Source: Dudresnaya verticillata (Eukaryota). Taken from it: a DNA stretch of 64,000 nt. The notes under the pieces are model-generated. The model was given only the letters and a program-made list of their open reading frames with translations. It was not told where the DNA came from and did not search any database. The stretch spans positions 1,302,001 through 1,366,000 of the forward strand of contig OZ374559.1 of NCBI GenBank assembly GCA_977862235.1, written 5' to 3'. The position numbers were made by a program, and so were the translations under genes. Positions 11,455 through 22,935 of the stretch are shown here, in pieces; within the stretch, counting starts at the first letter, position 1; every line of letters starts with the position of its first letter.

Positions 11455-13268
11455 AGATCCCGTCCCGTACCGAAACGGGGAGGAGTGAGGGTGTGCGTGT
11501 GAGGGAGAAGAAGAACATGACCGTGCGTGCTCCCCGCCCGCCCATGCTGTTGCTCACACCTGCCGATCCGTCCCTCGTCAGTAGCCGTTATGCTACAGGC
11601 CTTCTTTGCTGATGTCATTCATGACCCCACCTTTCTCATCTCTGGACGTCTTTCTGGCGTGTCGTGTCGTGCCGTATGTCTATGCCTCGTAGCACTAGTC
11701 TATATTTGTCTCCGCAGTAGTCCACTCATCTTTTCTGTTGCAGCTGTATCTCTTGCAGAGTATATCACTCCTGCCATGCTGAAGAGGAAGAAGAAGGACA
11801 TGGTTGAGGGCATGCTGCTTTCAGCGTCCCGGCTCTAGACATCCTCCTCCACCCCTCGTGCCGTGCAAAAGTGCGTATGGGTCTGGCTTCGTTCTTTTCG
11901 TCTATCGTTGCTATTCCGTTATTTGTAAACCTGATTCCTTGATACTCACCAACCTTCTCTGAGTTTGGCAGTTTTTTTGACTTGGCTAGCTGGATCATTG
12001 TGCGTTTCTTATCAATGGACAAAAACGACCTGTTTGCCAAATTTGTCCTCTTCCCATTAGCTCCACAACATAGTTCTAGCAAAGTGTGAAGTCAAATCCG
12101 CGTACCGCTGTCGCTCCAGGCAAAAGAGCACACGTTGACAAGACCGGTCATCAAGAACGCAGTGGCTGAATTCAGAGCTAAAAGTCACACCCGCTGCCCG
12201 CTTTGTAGATTTCGTTACGACGGACAGCCCCAATAAACAGGAGAGTCAGGCTTCGAAGCTACTTGTGGATTAGTAACACGGGCAAAAGCTTGCATGGCTG
12301 CGCGCGGGTGCGTCTATTTCGGAGTTCAATGGCGGGCTATTGAGACTTGCAAGTTGCCGAGTACGTACTGTACGCCCCTCTGTATGCCGCAGAGGGGATG
12401 ACCTTGTCTTACAGAGTTCCGGAAAGCTTACAGTCGTTCGTTCAGGGCCGCACTGTTTGATTTTGCGTTTCGGAGAACGATATGGCATATCGTGATTGGG
12501 TAGTTAGCCTGTCTGGCCCTTGTGGCATGCCCACGTGCCCAGTACATGCCATGCACACCACAATACGCGTGCATTGAATTGTCAAATGCGCTGTAATCCC
12601 CCCAATCGCAACATTGCTGGCAACTCGTGGGAGGCTACCCCCTGAACGGTGTCGGTCGAGAAAGGGAGGTCAATCTGACGGATGTGGTCTTGTAGGGCCA
12701 CGAGTGCGGACCGATGGGGTCTTCTTATGATACCCGTCCCGGTACTGCGTTGTCTGCTGCGAAGGTGGGTCGGGAATATAGGGAGGGCCGGGGCGTGTTG
12801 CGTCGTGTAGTAGAATGGCTTCCAAGCCAACAGAACCTGCAGCACAGCACGACAGCTGTCCTGGAGGAGCATTCCCACTTGCGTGGTTGGTAGCTCGGTT
12901 AGGCACAGACGTCAGGTCGAAATGACGTCTAGCTGTGCTGGTCGATCAGTCGCGCCCAGAAACATCGAAGGGTGGTGGGTGTAGTAGAATGGCCCTCGGC
13001 CAGGTAGTCGCCGATAAAACGGCGCGACAGCTGTCCTGGGGACAAACACTCACGGTGGGCGGTAGCTCAAAGGAAAACGGGAAAAGGGGTGTGGTAGAGA
13101 CTTGTAATGGGTGTAATACCCAGGAACAAAGAAAAGGGAAGGCGAACCCTGCAGCGTAGAGCAATCTTCGTACACGATAGGGCTTGTAGACGCCCAAGGC
13201 AAGGGAACAATGGTGGTGTGGCACCGTAGGAAGACCAGAAAATGGGTACAACCCAAACTACGCACCGA

Positions 13269-13669
13269 TGTAGTAGAATGGCTTGAAGCCAACAGAGACG
13301 GCGACACGGCACGACAGCTGTCCTCAAAGAGCGATCCCACTCACGTGGTTGGTAGCTCGGTAAAGGGGTGGTAGAGACTTGAAAGGGCTTAAAGCCCTAA
13401 CAAAGGAAAAAGGGAAAGCCGAACCCTGCTGAATAGAGCAATTTGTCGTAGACGACAGGGCTTGCAGACGCCCAAAGGGAAGTTGTAGCGGTAGCACCGT
13501 AAGCGTGCAAAAAGGGGAAAACGCAAGGGACAGACCGCTGCCGGTTTAGTGCCGGGCCCCTGCTACTCAGGGGCCCCATAAATACGGCGAGAGCCGAAAA
13601 GGTGCTCCTCGCTCAGTTAGAGCTCTATGGCTAATACTTAGCTAATACTGTACAATACAGGTAGGATAT
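13269..13669 (-). repeat. Element C 3' LTR, piece 1 (split by D)
   Basis: Aligns to 48436-48837. Confidence 0.93.
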
Positions 13670-14520
13670 TGTGGTATAGACGCTATCCGTGAAACGACTC
13701 CGTGTTCTACGTGAAAATAATCGAGAAATACGAATTTCGAGATGACTCCGTGAATGCGCACGCCACGATGGCAAACGTATTACAGCGATGCATACGGTGC
13801 GCGCGCCACGATGGCATACGCATTACAGCACGCACGTGATACGAAATCGCTGACACCTCCGGACGAATCCCGATCCGACTTCGTGATCGCGCGCGCCACG
13901 ATGGCATTCGCATTACAGTGCGCACCCGATACGAAATCGCTGACACCTTCGTGACTTTCCGGTTGTTTCCCGCGCGTAACGGCACCAGGGCCCACGAGAC
14001 ACGCGCACCTCCGTATGCATCGCTGGCGCACTTCGCAACCGCCACCATACGTGAGGCGACCGTTCGCTGGCACCGAGGCCGTTACGAATCATTCGAGTAC
14101 GAACCGTCTCCCGAGTTGACGCGCATTCGTGCTCACGTAGTACTACTTAGCCAGTCGTCTGGCACAACCTCCGAGGGTTTCCGGTAAGCGACTAGCGCCC
14201 GGACCTCGGAGTCTTCGGTAAACGCTGTTTCTTCGAGTTCGGTGTCTTCGTCTTCGTGACCGCGGATACGGTCGAGCCTCGCTTTCGATAGCCTCGAGCA
14301 CCCGGAGTTATCCCCGGTGATCGATCGCTCGAGTTCTCCCTTCCGCACACGAATACGTTGACACCGTGGTCCTTCGTGTTAGCCGCTCCGCTCTACCACG
14401 CTACCACCCCTTTTCGTTTCATTCGTTAGGCTACGAGGCCATTCGCTAGGCTCCGAGGCCATTCGCTTACAGTGCGAGACTTCCCCGCGTCTCCGTGGAC
14501 TTCGTTTTCGTTATACCACA
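13670..14520 (+). repeat. Element D 5' LTR (851 bp)
   Basis: Two substitutions versus 35403-36253 by manual comparison. Confidence 0.96.
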
Positions 14521-14521
14521 C

Positions 14522-14539
14522 TGGTCTCCCGACCTAGAA
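14522..14539 (+). promoter_or_regulatory. Element D primer-binding site, tRNA-Tyr type
   Basis: TGGTCTCCCGACCTAGAA, 1 nt after the LTR. Its complement gives G72-A73-CCA, the eukaryotic tRNA-Tyr identity set. Confidence 0.85.
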
Positions 14540-14591
14540 CGTGGTCCCGAAGCTTCGCATTTATTCGTAATTCGTTTCTATCCGAGACACG

Positions 14592-17042
14592 ATGTCTCAC
14601 GCTCCGAGTCGTCCCGATTCGCCGGTACCGAAACCCGACGACGTACCGATTCCGAAGCTCCCGTTGTTCGACTCGAACGCGAGTGACCGAGAACCGTTTT
14701 CTCGCACTCGCGCTTCACGAATAACGGTACCCGATCTTCGCACAGACTCGCGTTCGCAGGCTCACGGTAGCCAGTCCGACCTTTCGTATACGTACACTCC
14801 GTTGGAAATCGTTCCCTCGGATACCGTCGATCGACTCTTCTCGATGAAGCACGTCTCCGGTTCCGAGCTACGTTTACTCTACGAAGAGGTCATCGATGCG
14901 CTTTCTACCGCGTACCGTATCACGCAGCTTTCGATTCGTAATACGCACAATCGAGTTCACGAAGAGTTCAACAATCTCCGCGCTGGCAAGGTCCGTAGGA
15001 TCGAAGACTCACTCGAGAGTCTCCGAGATCTCGTCTCGGGAGTCAGCAATCGGTTTCTCGTGCTCGAGCGCAACGTATCCGCCCCCGTGGGCAAGGCGAG
15101 TCACTCGCTTCCCGTTCGCAGCTCGCACGCATTCTCCGAGGAACAGTTGAACGCTATTCGTGACATCGTGTCCGCAGCGTTACCGAAGTCTCGAAGTCGC
15201 GAAGATCATCCCGAAGCCCGTCCTGACCCCCGCAATTCGCCGCTAGTTCAACCCGTGCAAGGCCCGGGTGCCCAATCTACGTTACCGAAAAACACGTATC
15301 CGAATCCGTCCCCGCACCCTTTATCGAAACAGGCAACCGATGCCTCCGACAACCCCCGTATCAACCCCGCAGTATTCCGAGATTCGCTTCAACAACCGAT
15401 GTCCCCCGGAGGACCCGTAATCGAAAATACGTTAGCGCTCGCGGGACCCGTGTCATCGTTCTGGCACTGGGGACCGCTCGAACCGGGCGTCGAACCGATA
15501 CCGACGCTCATTCCCGAATTCGCGCGGGCCGTAAGCTATCGATCGTATCGACTCACGAATTCGTCACCTCGGGATAATCAACACGAAGCATTCCGAGGTA
15601 ACACGTCGAAAACCGTTTCGCGCATGCGTTCGATGATGCCGAGACTCGAGAAGTTTACGGGACGCGACCCGATTAAGGTTCTCGCATTTCTTCGTGATAT
15701 TCGACAAGCGCTGAACGGAGTCGGGCTCACCGAAGGAGCAGCAGTTCGTACGATTTCGTGGTTTCTCGATGAGACCGCGCTCAAGGTGTATCAACACTAT
15801 GCCTTCGGAGGCGTTCGTACGGGCAACCCGGTTTGCTGGTCCGCGATCGTGAACGTGTTACTACAACGATTTCTCACGGAAGACGTAATCGCAGACGCAC
15901 ACGATCGCGTGATAACCGCGAAGCAGAAGTCCGATGAAACCGAGATGGAGTTCGCGACTCGTTTGCAAGGCTACGCGGATGTCTGCTCCGGTGTCTACGA
16001 CGACTCTTCGTTAACGCACCAGTTTACTCGTGGACTACTACCTACTACGTATCCTATCGTGGCCGACCAGGTACGACGCCTACCGCTGTCCGAGCAGAAG
16101 AATTTTATGAGCGTGCAACGAATCGCGCAAGCCGAAGGCACGACATTCCGAGCTCGCGAACTACGTGACACCGCGGCCCAACAGTCGCGTGATTCGAAGA
16201 ACCGAGCGTCCGCTACGTACCCGAAGAGTCGCCAAGCGCCCGGACGCACGATGCTTATCGAAGCTTGCGACACTCCCGGGAGTGAATACGAGTACCCGAT
16301 GAACGAAGATCCGCAAATGGCCGTGATGATGATTCGTTCAGGAACCGGGTCCACATCCGCTACACCGACTACTTCGACAACGGTCTCCGTGGACGATACG
16401 TTAGACCTCACGAGTCGCATCGAGCGTTTCGTACCCGCACGTGTCCCACCGATGACCCCAGAGCAAATCGAGATGGCGCGTTCGATGATACCGAAGAATC
16501 AAGATGCGTGGCCGTGTTGGTTCTGTCGCGAAATCGGTCACCTCATGCATTCGTGTCCGTATCTCACGAAGGAGCAACAACTCTATTGCGCGTACCAGAA
16601 CTACTTGTACCAACTCGAAAGGAGACCGTATACGCGTAATAACTTCGTGAATCGCGGCGCATCAAGAGGGAATTCGTTCGCGTCCGTCGACAATCGAGGT
16701 CACCGTGGACAAGACTCCCGAGGATCACGTGATAATCGCGTAAACCGAGACCTTCGTCAAGGTGATACGCGCTACCCGAGGGACCGAGCCCAGCGTCAAG
16801 TCAGCTTCGAGCGTCGAGGACCGCCGACCGTCCTCCGCAATCCGAGACACGCGCAGGGCCCGGGCCGTCAACCGGTTCTCGCAGTCCGTGAAGACGTTGA
16901 CGCGATTGAGCCGAGTCACCCGAACCGGCCCTCGGAGGCTTACGAAGACTCCGCGAACAACGGAAGAGGTGATCGATCAACCTCCCCATTGGACGCGGAC
17001 GCTCGCAATTCGGATTCTAGTTCGAGTTCGGAAAACGAGTAA
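14592..17042 (+). CDS. gag: Element D Gag, 816 aa
   Basis: SYRSYRL..FTGRDP capsid region shared with the other three Gags. CCHC knuckle CWFCREIGHLMHSC. Confidence 0.92.
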   Translation: MSHAPSRPDSPVPKPDDVPIPKLPLFDSNASDREPFSRTRASRITVPDLRTDSRSQAHGSQSDLSYTYTPLEIVPSDTVDRLFSMKHVSGSELRLLYEEVIDALSTAYRITQLSIRNTHNRVHEEFNNLRAGKVRRIEDSLESLRDLVSGVSNRFLVLERNVSAPVGKASHSLPVRSSHAFSEEQLNAIRDIVSAALPKSRSREDHPEARPDPRNSPLVQPVQGPGAQSTLPKNTYPNPSPHPLSKQATDASDNPRINPAVFRDSLQQPMSPGGPVIENTLALAGPVSSFWHWGPLEPGVEPIPTLIPEFARAVSYRSYRLTNSSPRDNQHEAFRGNTSKTVSRMRSMMPRLEKFTGRDPIKVLAFLRDIRQALNGVGLTEGAAVRTISWFLDETALKVYQHYAFGGVRTGNPVCWSAIVNVLLQRFLTEDVIADAHDRVITAKQKSDETEMEFATRLQGYADVCSGVYDDSSLTHQFTRGLLPTTYPIVADQVRRLPLSEQKNFMSVQRIAQAEGTTFRARELRDTAAQQSRDSKNRASATYPKSRQAPGRTMLIEACDTPGSEYEYPMNEDPQMAVMMIRSGTGSTSATPTTSTTVSVDDTLDLTSRIERFVPARVPPMTPEQIEMARSMIPKNQDAWPCWFCREIGHLMHSCPYLTKEQQLYCAYQNYLYQLERRPYTRNNFVNRGASRGNSFASVDNRGHRGQDSRGSRDNRVNRDLRQGDTRYPRDRAQRQVSFERRGPPTVLRNPRHAQGPGRQPVLAVREDVDAIEPSHPNRPSEAYEDSANNGRGDRSTSPLDADARNSDSSSSSENE

Positions 17043-20000
17043 AGGCGAAGACGCCCGTTGTGTCACGTACTTCGTCTGAATCCGTTTCCCGAGACACTCC
17101 GCGTATTCCGATTCCGAGAGCCGCTACGATGCGAAGGAAGCGCGCTGCACGACGACGAGACCGAAAACGATGTCGAGTCCTCGCGAAAGACGCTTCGTGC
17201 GAAGAAAATTCGAAGAAGATACCGATCTCGAAGATCGAACCCGAAGTCACCACCGAGGGATACGTTTGCTTGATGACTTCGGAGATCTTCCTCGTGACCG
17301 GATCCATTGGCCTCGAGGCCTCCGTAATGACGCCGCATACGATTGCAGTCGATACGTGTTCCGGTTACAACCTAATAGCCCGGGCTGCGTTACCCACCGG
17401 TTGGGAAGCGAACGCGTCCACGATGGAATCAGCTCCGAGGCTCGCGTCCGCTGATCGCACCCCGTTGCGACTCGATGGTATCGTTTACCTGACAGTCCGC
17501 CTTGGGAACGTTCGATACCGCGTACCCTTCGTGGTTGCGGAGAAACTCGCAGTCGACGTTCTCCTTGGAACTTCGTGGATGGACGCGCATTTACGAAGCA
17601 TCGAGCTCAGCCCACGGAGGCTCATCACGAAGAGTGGAAGCACGATTCCGATTATCAATCGCATTGCTGGATCTGCTCCGCCCGCAATTAATTCGAAAAC
17701 TCCGAAGCAGAAATCCGAGAAAACGCTATCGAAGCGACATCAACGCGAGCTCCACGATTGGGACCGAGACACCCGTACCATTCGTTTGAACCGCCGCGTC
17801 ACCATACCGAGTTATTCGCAGAAGTTAGTCACCGTGACCTCGGAAGGACTCGGACTAATTCATATCGAACCGAAGCCTTCGTTACAACACCGACACGGAG
17901 TACGGTTAACGAACGGGATACACGAAGTCAGTCCGAATCGCGAGTTTTCGGTGTTGATGGCGAACTTCACGGATAAGCCTCGAGCCCTACCGAAGGGAAT
18001 CGTCATCGGATACGCAGCTCGAAACCCGCTCGCGATTCTGACACCCGATCGCGAAGTCGCGGAGTCGTTTGCCAAGGTGCTCAACATCTCTACGCTACGT
18101 GAGCACAACGACTCGAAGTCACCCGAAGAATCCGTATCCACGAAGGAAAAACCGCTCACGAAGGGTGCCGCGACTGCAGCAGCAGAAGCCAATTCGAGTT
18201 CCCGTGATTGGGAAGAACGCGTAGATCTTTCGAACATACCCGACGAAACTATGCGAAACGAGGTCCTCGAGATGCTACGTAAGCACGAATCGATGTGGAA
18301 CGGAGACCTCGGAACGATCGCAGCCACGGAGCATCGGATCGATATACAACCCGGGACTCGACCTATTCGTTCGATGCCCTATCGTCAAGGGCCCGCAATA
18401 CGTGAAATCGTCCGTAACGAAATCGACAGTATGCTCGAAGCCGGAGTAATCGAACCAGCCACCTCGGAGTGGGCGTCCCCCGTAGTCCTCGCACCGAAGA
18501 AAGACGGAACACTTCGTTTTTGCGTAGATTACCGAAGACTCAATACGAAGACACTATCCGACGCGTACCCGCTTCCCCGGATGGAAGATTGTATCGCTTC
18601 ACTCGGAGACGCTTCGATTTTCTCGACACTCGATTGTAACAGCGGGTACTGGCAGATTCCAGTTGCCCCGGAAGACCGCGATAAGACTACGTTTAATTCG
18701 TTTCTCGGAACTTATCGTTATCTTCGTATGCCCTTCGGATTGAAAAACGCGCCCGCTACGTTTCAACGCGCACTCGACATCATTCTATCCGGAGTCCGTT
18801 GGCAGTGCTGTCTCGATTACCTCGATGACGTGATCGTTTTCTCCGCGAATCTTTGTGAACACATCGCGCATCTCGATCAAGTTCTCACGCTACTTCGCAA
18901 CTCCGGGTTTGCGCTCAAGATGAAGAAGTGCTTCCTTTTCCGAAAGCGAGTCGACTACCTCGGACACGTGATTTACCCGGGGAAGCTGAGTATGGCCGAG
19001 AAGAGCTCCGAAGCATTCCGATACGCGAAGTTCCCGAAGACACTCACGCAAGTCCGTTCGTTCCTCGGCGCGTGTAACGTATACCGAAGATTCGTGAAAG
19101 ACTTCGCGAAAATTGCGCGACCGTTGACGAACATGACGCGAAAGGACGCGGATCCCGACTACGAGAAACCCACGGAGGATCAGGTTACCGCATTCGAAAC
19201 GCTCAAACGGAAGCTCGTGTCACCGCCGATACTTCGGTTACCGCAACTCGGGAAACGTTACATTATCGATACGGACGCGTCTGCGTATCAACTCGGATGC
19301 GCGTTGCTACAGGAGCAAGATAACGAAGAATTCCAACCCGTGGGCTACTGGTCGTATTCGTTAAACGATGCCGAGAAGAACTACTCCGCAACCGAGCGCG
19401 AATGCTACGCAGTCGTATGGGCGGTTACTTCGTTGCGTCCGTATATCGAAGGGACCCGGTTCACCGTGCGTACGGACCACGATGCGCTCCGATGGCTTCT
19501 TTCTCTCACCGATTCGTCCGGGCGACTCACGCGATGGAGGCTTCGCTTAGCCGAATTCGACTTCGAAATCTTGTATCGCCCCGGTCGCGTCCACCAGATT
19601 CCCGATGCCCTCTCGCGATTACTCCTTCCGCATCGCGAACAACCCGCAATCGACGACGAAGTTCCTACGTTTGACTCGCATCAAATCGCAGCGAAGAACG
19701 AAGAACGTTTCCGCAACGACATCACGAAAACCATCGAAAACGAAAGAGACCCGGTTCTCATTACTACGCGATCCCGCAAACGTCAATCGAAGCCCACCGC
19801 GCTTCGCCACGACTCTACGCGAAAGACTACACCCGCGAAATGCGTACATCGAGCAGGCACTACGCCACGACCCACGGAAGTCACCACGGGTTCCGAACCC
19901 CACAATCATACGTGCCATGAAGGCTGCGAACACGAACACGACGCAGAACTACGTGATGAATACGCAGGCCAAAAGGATGTCTACGATGACTGCGACTTAT

Positions 20001-21652
20001 GGCACGATATCGATGACGATGATCCGTTTGACCTTTATCGAATTGACCCCAACGAAGAACCGAGTGACCTCACCGACGTGAAACCCGTGGACCTACCTGC
20101 GCCTATTACGGTAACCGAAATCCTCGAAGGACAACGTATTGATTCGTTCTGCCAAACGGTGCAATCACGACAATCGAAAACGAAGGATAGTCTCTTTCAC
20201 GAAGATGGAGACGGTCTCCTGCGACGAACGCACCCAACGATTCCGAAGCTAACGCAAATCGTATTGCCCGAGACGCTCCGACCTCGCTTGCTCACGCTGG
20301 CGCATCATTCGTTACTGGCTGGCCACCCGGGGCAAAATCGTATGTTCTACTCACTTCGTGAAACATATTACTGGCCTTACATGGCAGCCGATATCGCATC
20401 CACGGTTCGTAACTGCAAACATTGCGCAAGGAATCGAATCCGTCTCCGAAGGAATCTTCATCGCTTGAAGCTCTTCCCCGCTACGCGCCCACTCGAATCG
20501 GTCGCGATTGACATCTTAGGCCCGTTGCCACGAACGAAATCCGGACGCAAGTTCATTCTCGTGATTACGGATCGCTTTACGAAGTTGACCCAGGTGGCCA
20601 CACTACGAGTAATAACCGCATATCACGTGGCCGTTGCCTTTTGCGAAGTTTGGATCTTCAAGTATGGACCGCCAGCCTCGGTGCTCTCGGATAACGGGAA
20701 ACAGTTTACTTCGAAGTTCTTTCAGGGCGTCTGTCACTTACTCGGGTTATCGAACGTATTCACTTCCGCGTATCATCCGCAAACGAATGGACAAACCGAA
20801 CGCTATAACCGCACTATCCTCGCAATGCTTCGTAACTACGTGAACGACCACCAAACCGATTGGGACCGCTACGTTTCCGCGTTAACGTATTCGTACAATT
20901 GCCACGTTCATCGGTCTACGAATACAACTCCGTTCAATCTCGTTTTATCGCGACCGCCGCCCGAGTTCACCGTGAAACATCGCTCCCGGAAGCATCGACC
21001 AAAACCCACGGAGGACCTTTGCAACGATTTCGTCAAGCGACTCGATTTCACCATCGATTCCGCACGCACTTCGTTACAGCGAGTTCAAAATCGTTACAAA
21101 CGCGACTTCGATAAGCGCATCCGCCACACGAAAAGCCGCGTCAAACCCGGAGACTACGTGTACCTCGATACCCACGATGGGAAAACGAAACTTCCGAAGT
21201 TGAAATCCCCCGCGGAGGGGCCGTACAAAGTGCTCTTCAACGACACGCGAACACTCGTAATCGATCGCAAGGGCCTCGTTGAACGCGTCTCCGCGGACCG
21301 CTGCATCTACGCGCCACCACCTCCGAATTCGCGACCGTCGATTACGCGACCCGAAGACATTGCGGAAAAGGTCACCGAAGGCCCCGAATACGTTGTCGAT
21401 CGCATCCTAGATCACTCGACCGACGACCCCGGCAAATTCGTGTTTCGTATCAAGTGGGACGGCTACGCGACGTCTACGTGGGAACCGCGCACGCACGTGC
21501 CCGAAGAACTCGTTTCGCGCTACTTCGCAAGGCTTCGAAGCCAAGCGGACCCGCGTGATCCCGTGCTACTCGCCCACGAATGGCTCTCCGACTGGGACCC
21601 CGAGTGGTTCCGTGGCCCCGACTTCGCGCTCCGCAATTCGTCGCACGATTAA
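17030..21652 (+). CDS. pol: Element D Pol (PR, dUTPase-like remnant, RT, RNase H, integrase, chromodomain), -1 frame to gag
   Basis: VDTCSG protease, YLDD RT, DTDAS RNase H, HHCC and DDE integrase, GPY module, EYVVDRILDH..KWDGY..TWEP chromodomain. Frame is open from slippery GGAAAAC at 17030. Confidence 0.95.
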   Translation, partial: GKRVKAKTPVVSRTSSESVSRDTPRIPIPRAATMRRKRAARRRDRKRCRVLAKDASCEENSKKIPISKIEPEVTTEGYVCLMTSEIFLVTGSIGLEASVMTPHTIAVDTCSGYNLIARAALPTGWEANASTMESAPRLASADRTPLRLDGIVYLTVRLGNVRYRVPFVVAEKLAVDVLLGTSWMDAHLRSIELSPRRLITKSGSTIPIINRIAGSAPPAINSKTPKQKSEKTLSKRHQRELHDWDRDTRTIRLNRRVTIPSYSQKLVTVTSEGLGLIHIEPKPSLQHRHGVRLTNGIHEVSPNREFSVLMANFTDKPRALPKGIVIGYAARNPLAILTPDREVAESFAKVLNISTLREHNDSKSPEESVSTKEKPLTKGAATAAAEANSSSRDWEERVDLSNIPDETMRNEVLEMLRKHESMWNGDLGTIAATEHRIDIQPGTRPIRSMPYRQGPAIREIVRNEIDSMLEAGVIEPATSEWASPVVLAPKKDGTLRFCVDYRRLNTKTLSDAYPLPRMEDCIASLGDASIFSTLDCNSGYWQIPVAPEDRDKTTFNSFLGTYRYLRMPFGLKNAPATFQRALDIILSGVRWQCCLDYLDDVIVFSANLCEHIAHLDQVLTLLRNSGFALKMKKCFLFRKRVDYLGHVIYPGKLSMAEKSSEAFRYAKFPKTLTQVRSFLGACNVYRRFVKDFAKIARPLTNMTRKDADPDYEKPTEDQVTAFETLKRKLVSPPILRLPQLGKRYIIDTDASAYQLGCALLQEQDNEEFQPVGYWSYSLNDAEKNYSATERECYAVVWAVTSLRPYIEGTRFTVRTDHDALRWLLSLTDSSGRLTRWRLRLAEFDFEILYRPGRVHQIPDALSRLLLPHREQPAIDDEVPTFDSHQIAAKNEERFRNDITKTIENERDPVLITTRSRKRQSKPTALRHDSTRKTTPAKCVHRAGTTPRPTEVTTGSEPHNHTCHEGCEHEHDAELRDEYAGQKDVYDDCDLWHDIDDDDPFDLYRIDPNEEPSDLTDVKPVDLPAPITVTEILEGQRIDSFCQTVQSRQSKTKDSLFHEDGDGLLRRTHPTIPKLTQIVLPETLRPRLLTLAHHSLLAGHPGQNRMFYSLRETYYWPYMAADIASTVRNCKHCARNRIRLRRNLHRLKLFPATRPLESVAIDILGPLPRTKSGRKFILVITDRFTKLTQVATLRVITAYHVAVAFCEVWIFKYGPPASVLSDNGKQFTSKFFQGVCHLLGLSNVFTSAYHPQTNGQTERYNRTILAMLRNYVNDHQTDWDRYVSALTYSYNCHVHRSTNTTPFNLVLSRPPPEFTVKHRSRKHRPKPTEDLCNDFVKRLDFTIDSARTSLQRVQNRYKRDFDKRIRHTKSRVKPGDYVYLDTHDGKTKLPKLKSPAEGPYKVLFNDTRTLVIDRKGLVERVSADRCIYAPPPPNSRPSITRPEDIAEKVTEGPEYVVDRILDHSTDDPGKFVFRIKWDGYATSTWEPRTHVPEELVSRYFARLRSQADPRDPVLLAHEWLSDWDPEWFRGPDFALRNSSHD

Positions 21653-22935
21653 CGCTCCCGCTCATCCGGTTTGCGCGTCGCACTGTCCTCACTACTCAAA
21701 AGGCCCCGGAGCCACACCCCGCCCTCGCTAGCCACGCGCTCACTACGTAGCTGCTCATTTCGATTGCCTCGGAGCATCCGATCGCCCAGTGCCGCTCGGC
21801 GCACATCGCGGCCCAACTTCGTGACCCTCGACTTCGTAGTTCACGACGTCGCGCACGCCCACAGGCCCCGACACACCCGCATGCCTCGGAGCAGATGGCC
21901 GCCACCTCGCACATGACGCTACCGCAGCTGCGCACTCTCGATGACACGCGACGCACGCCAACGCAACCCGCCGCGACACTCTCGGCCGCGCGCCGCATGA
22001 CACCGAGGTCCTCGGAGACGACACGCCACCGCATCAACGAGACGCGATCACGGAGCCCTTGCCCTCACGAAGTTGCGCTCCACGCCGTCGGGCGGGGTCG
22101 ACCACCCCCGCCCCAACTCAGCGCCCCTCGTGAAATCCGCAAAGGCGCCCCGCGCGCACGCGATTGCACCGCGGCACTCGCATTACAGGGGCTGACACCG
22201 CGACGGACGGACGGACACGGTGCCCTATCCGTAATTTTCATACGCACCTGATGTCATACTGCGAGGCCGATGCCACCCGCAACGCGCACTTCGACTTTGC
22301 AACCCGCGCCTCACTTGCTACACGGAGTTCACTTGTTACGACGCGCCTTCGCAATGACCACGGAGTCCTCGTTTTCGCCAAGCGCAATCCTCTCGCATGG
22401 CCTCGGCGCCCCTTTACGCATACGTTCCGCCCGCACCGATGCGCCCCCGAAGCAGCTCGCACGCGCCAGCCCGGGAGCTCACGCAATTTTCATCGAAACA
22501 CCCGAAGCAGCTCTCCGAGGAGCACGTATCCGCCACCAACCCCCCCAAGCACGTCGGCGCGAACGCCTTCGTCTTGAGGAGGGGGCCGTGCACGTGAAAT
22601 TCCGAAGTCTCGATGACCCCGCCATTCGAGAACCAAAGCTGCGATTTCGAATCCGTTTTGTCTCCGTGATTCCCGAGGTCTTCGTGCACTCCGAAGTCCA
22701 AGTCAATCGCGATTCGCAACTCTTGGTTTGTCGCGGTCGGACCGTATCGAAATTCCGTGCACCGTTTCGCATCGTTTGCACCCGCATGCACGCCATTCGA
22801 GAACCGAAGCTGCGATTTCGAATCCGTTTTGTCTCCGTGATTCCCGAGGTATTCGCGGACTCCGAGGTCCAAGTCAATCGCGATTCGCAACTCTCGGTTT
22901 GTCGCGGTCGGACCGTATCGAAATTCCGTGCACCG

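Noticed and set aside
12090..12236. CPLCR motif suggesting a RING finger
   Set aside because: The short frame has no start codon and lacks the other Cys/His ligands.
12521..12805. TGTGGCATG as the start of a further outer LTR
   Set aside because: No partner end, TSD or similarity to other LTRs in the window.
13707..14348. ORFs duplicated at 13.7/35.4 kb, 23.0/34.4 kb and 36.3/48.8 kb
   Set aside because: They are duplicated only because they lie in LTR pairs, and they have no protein features.
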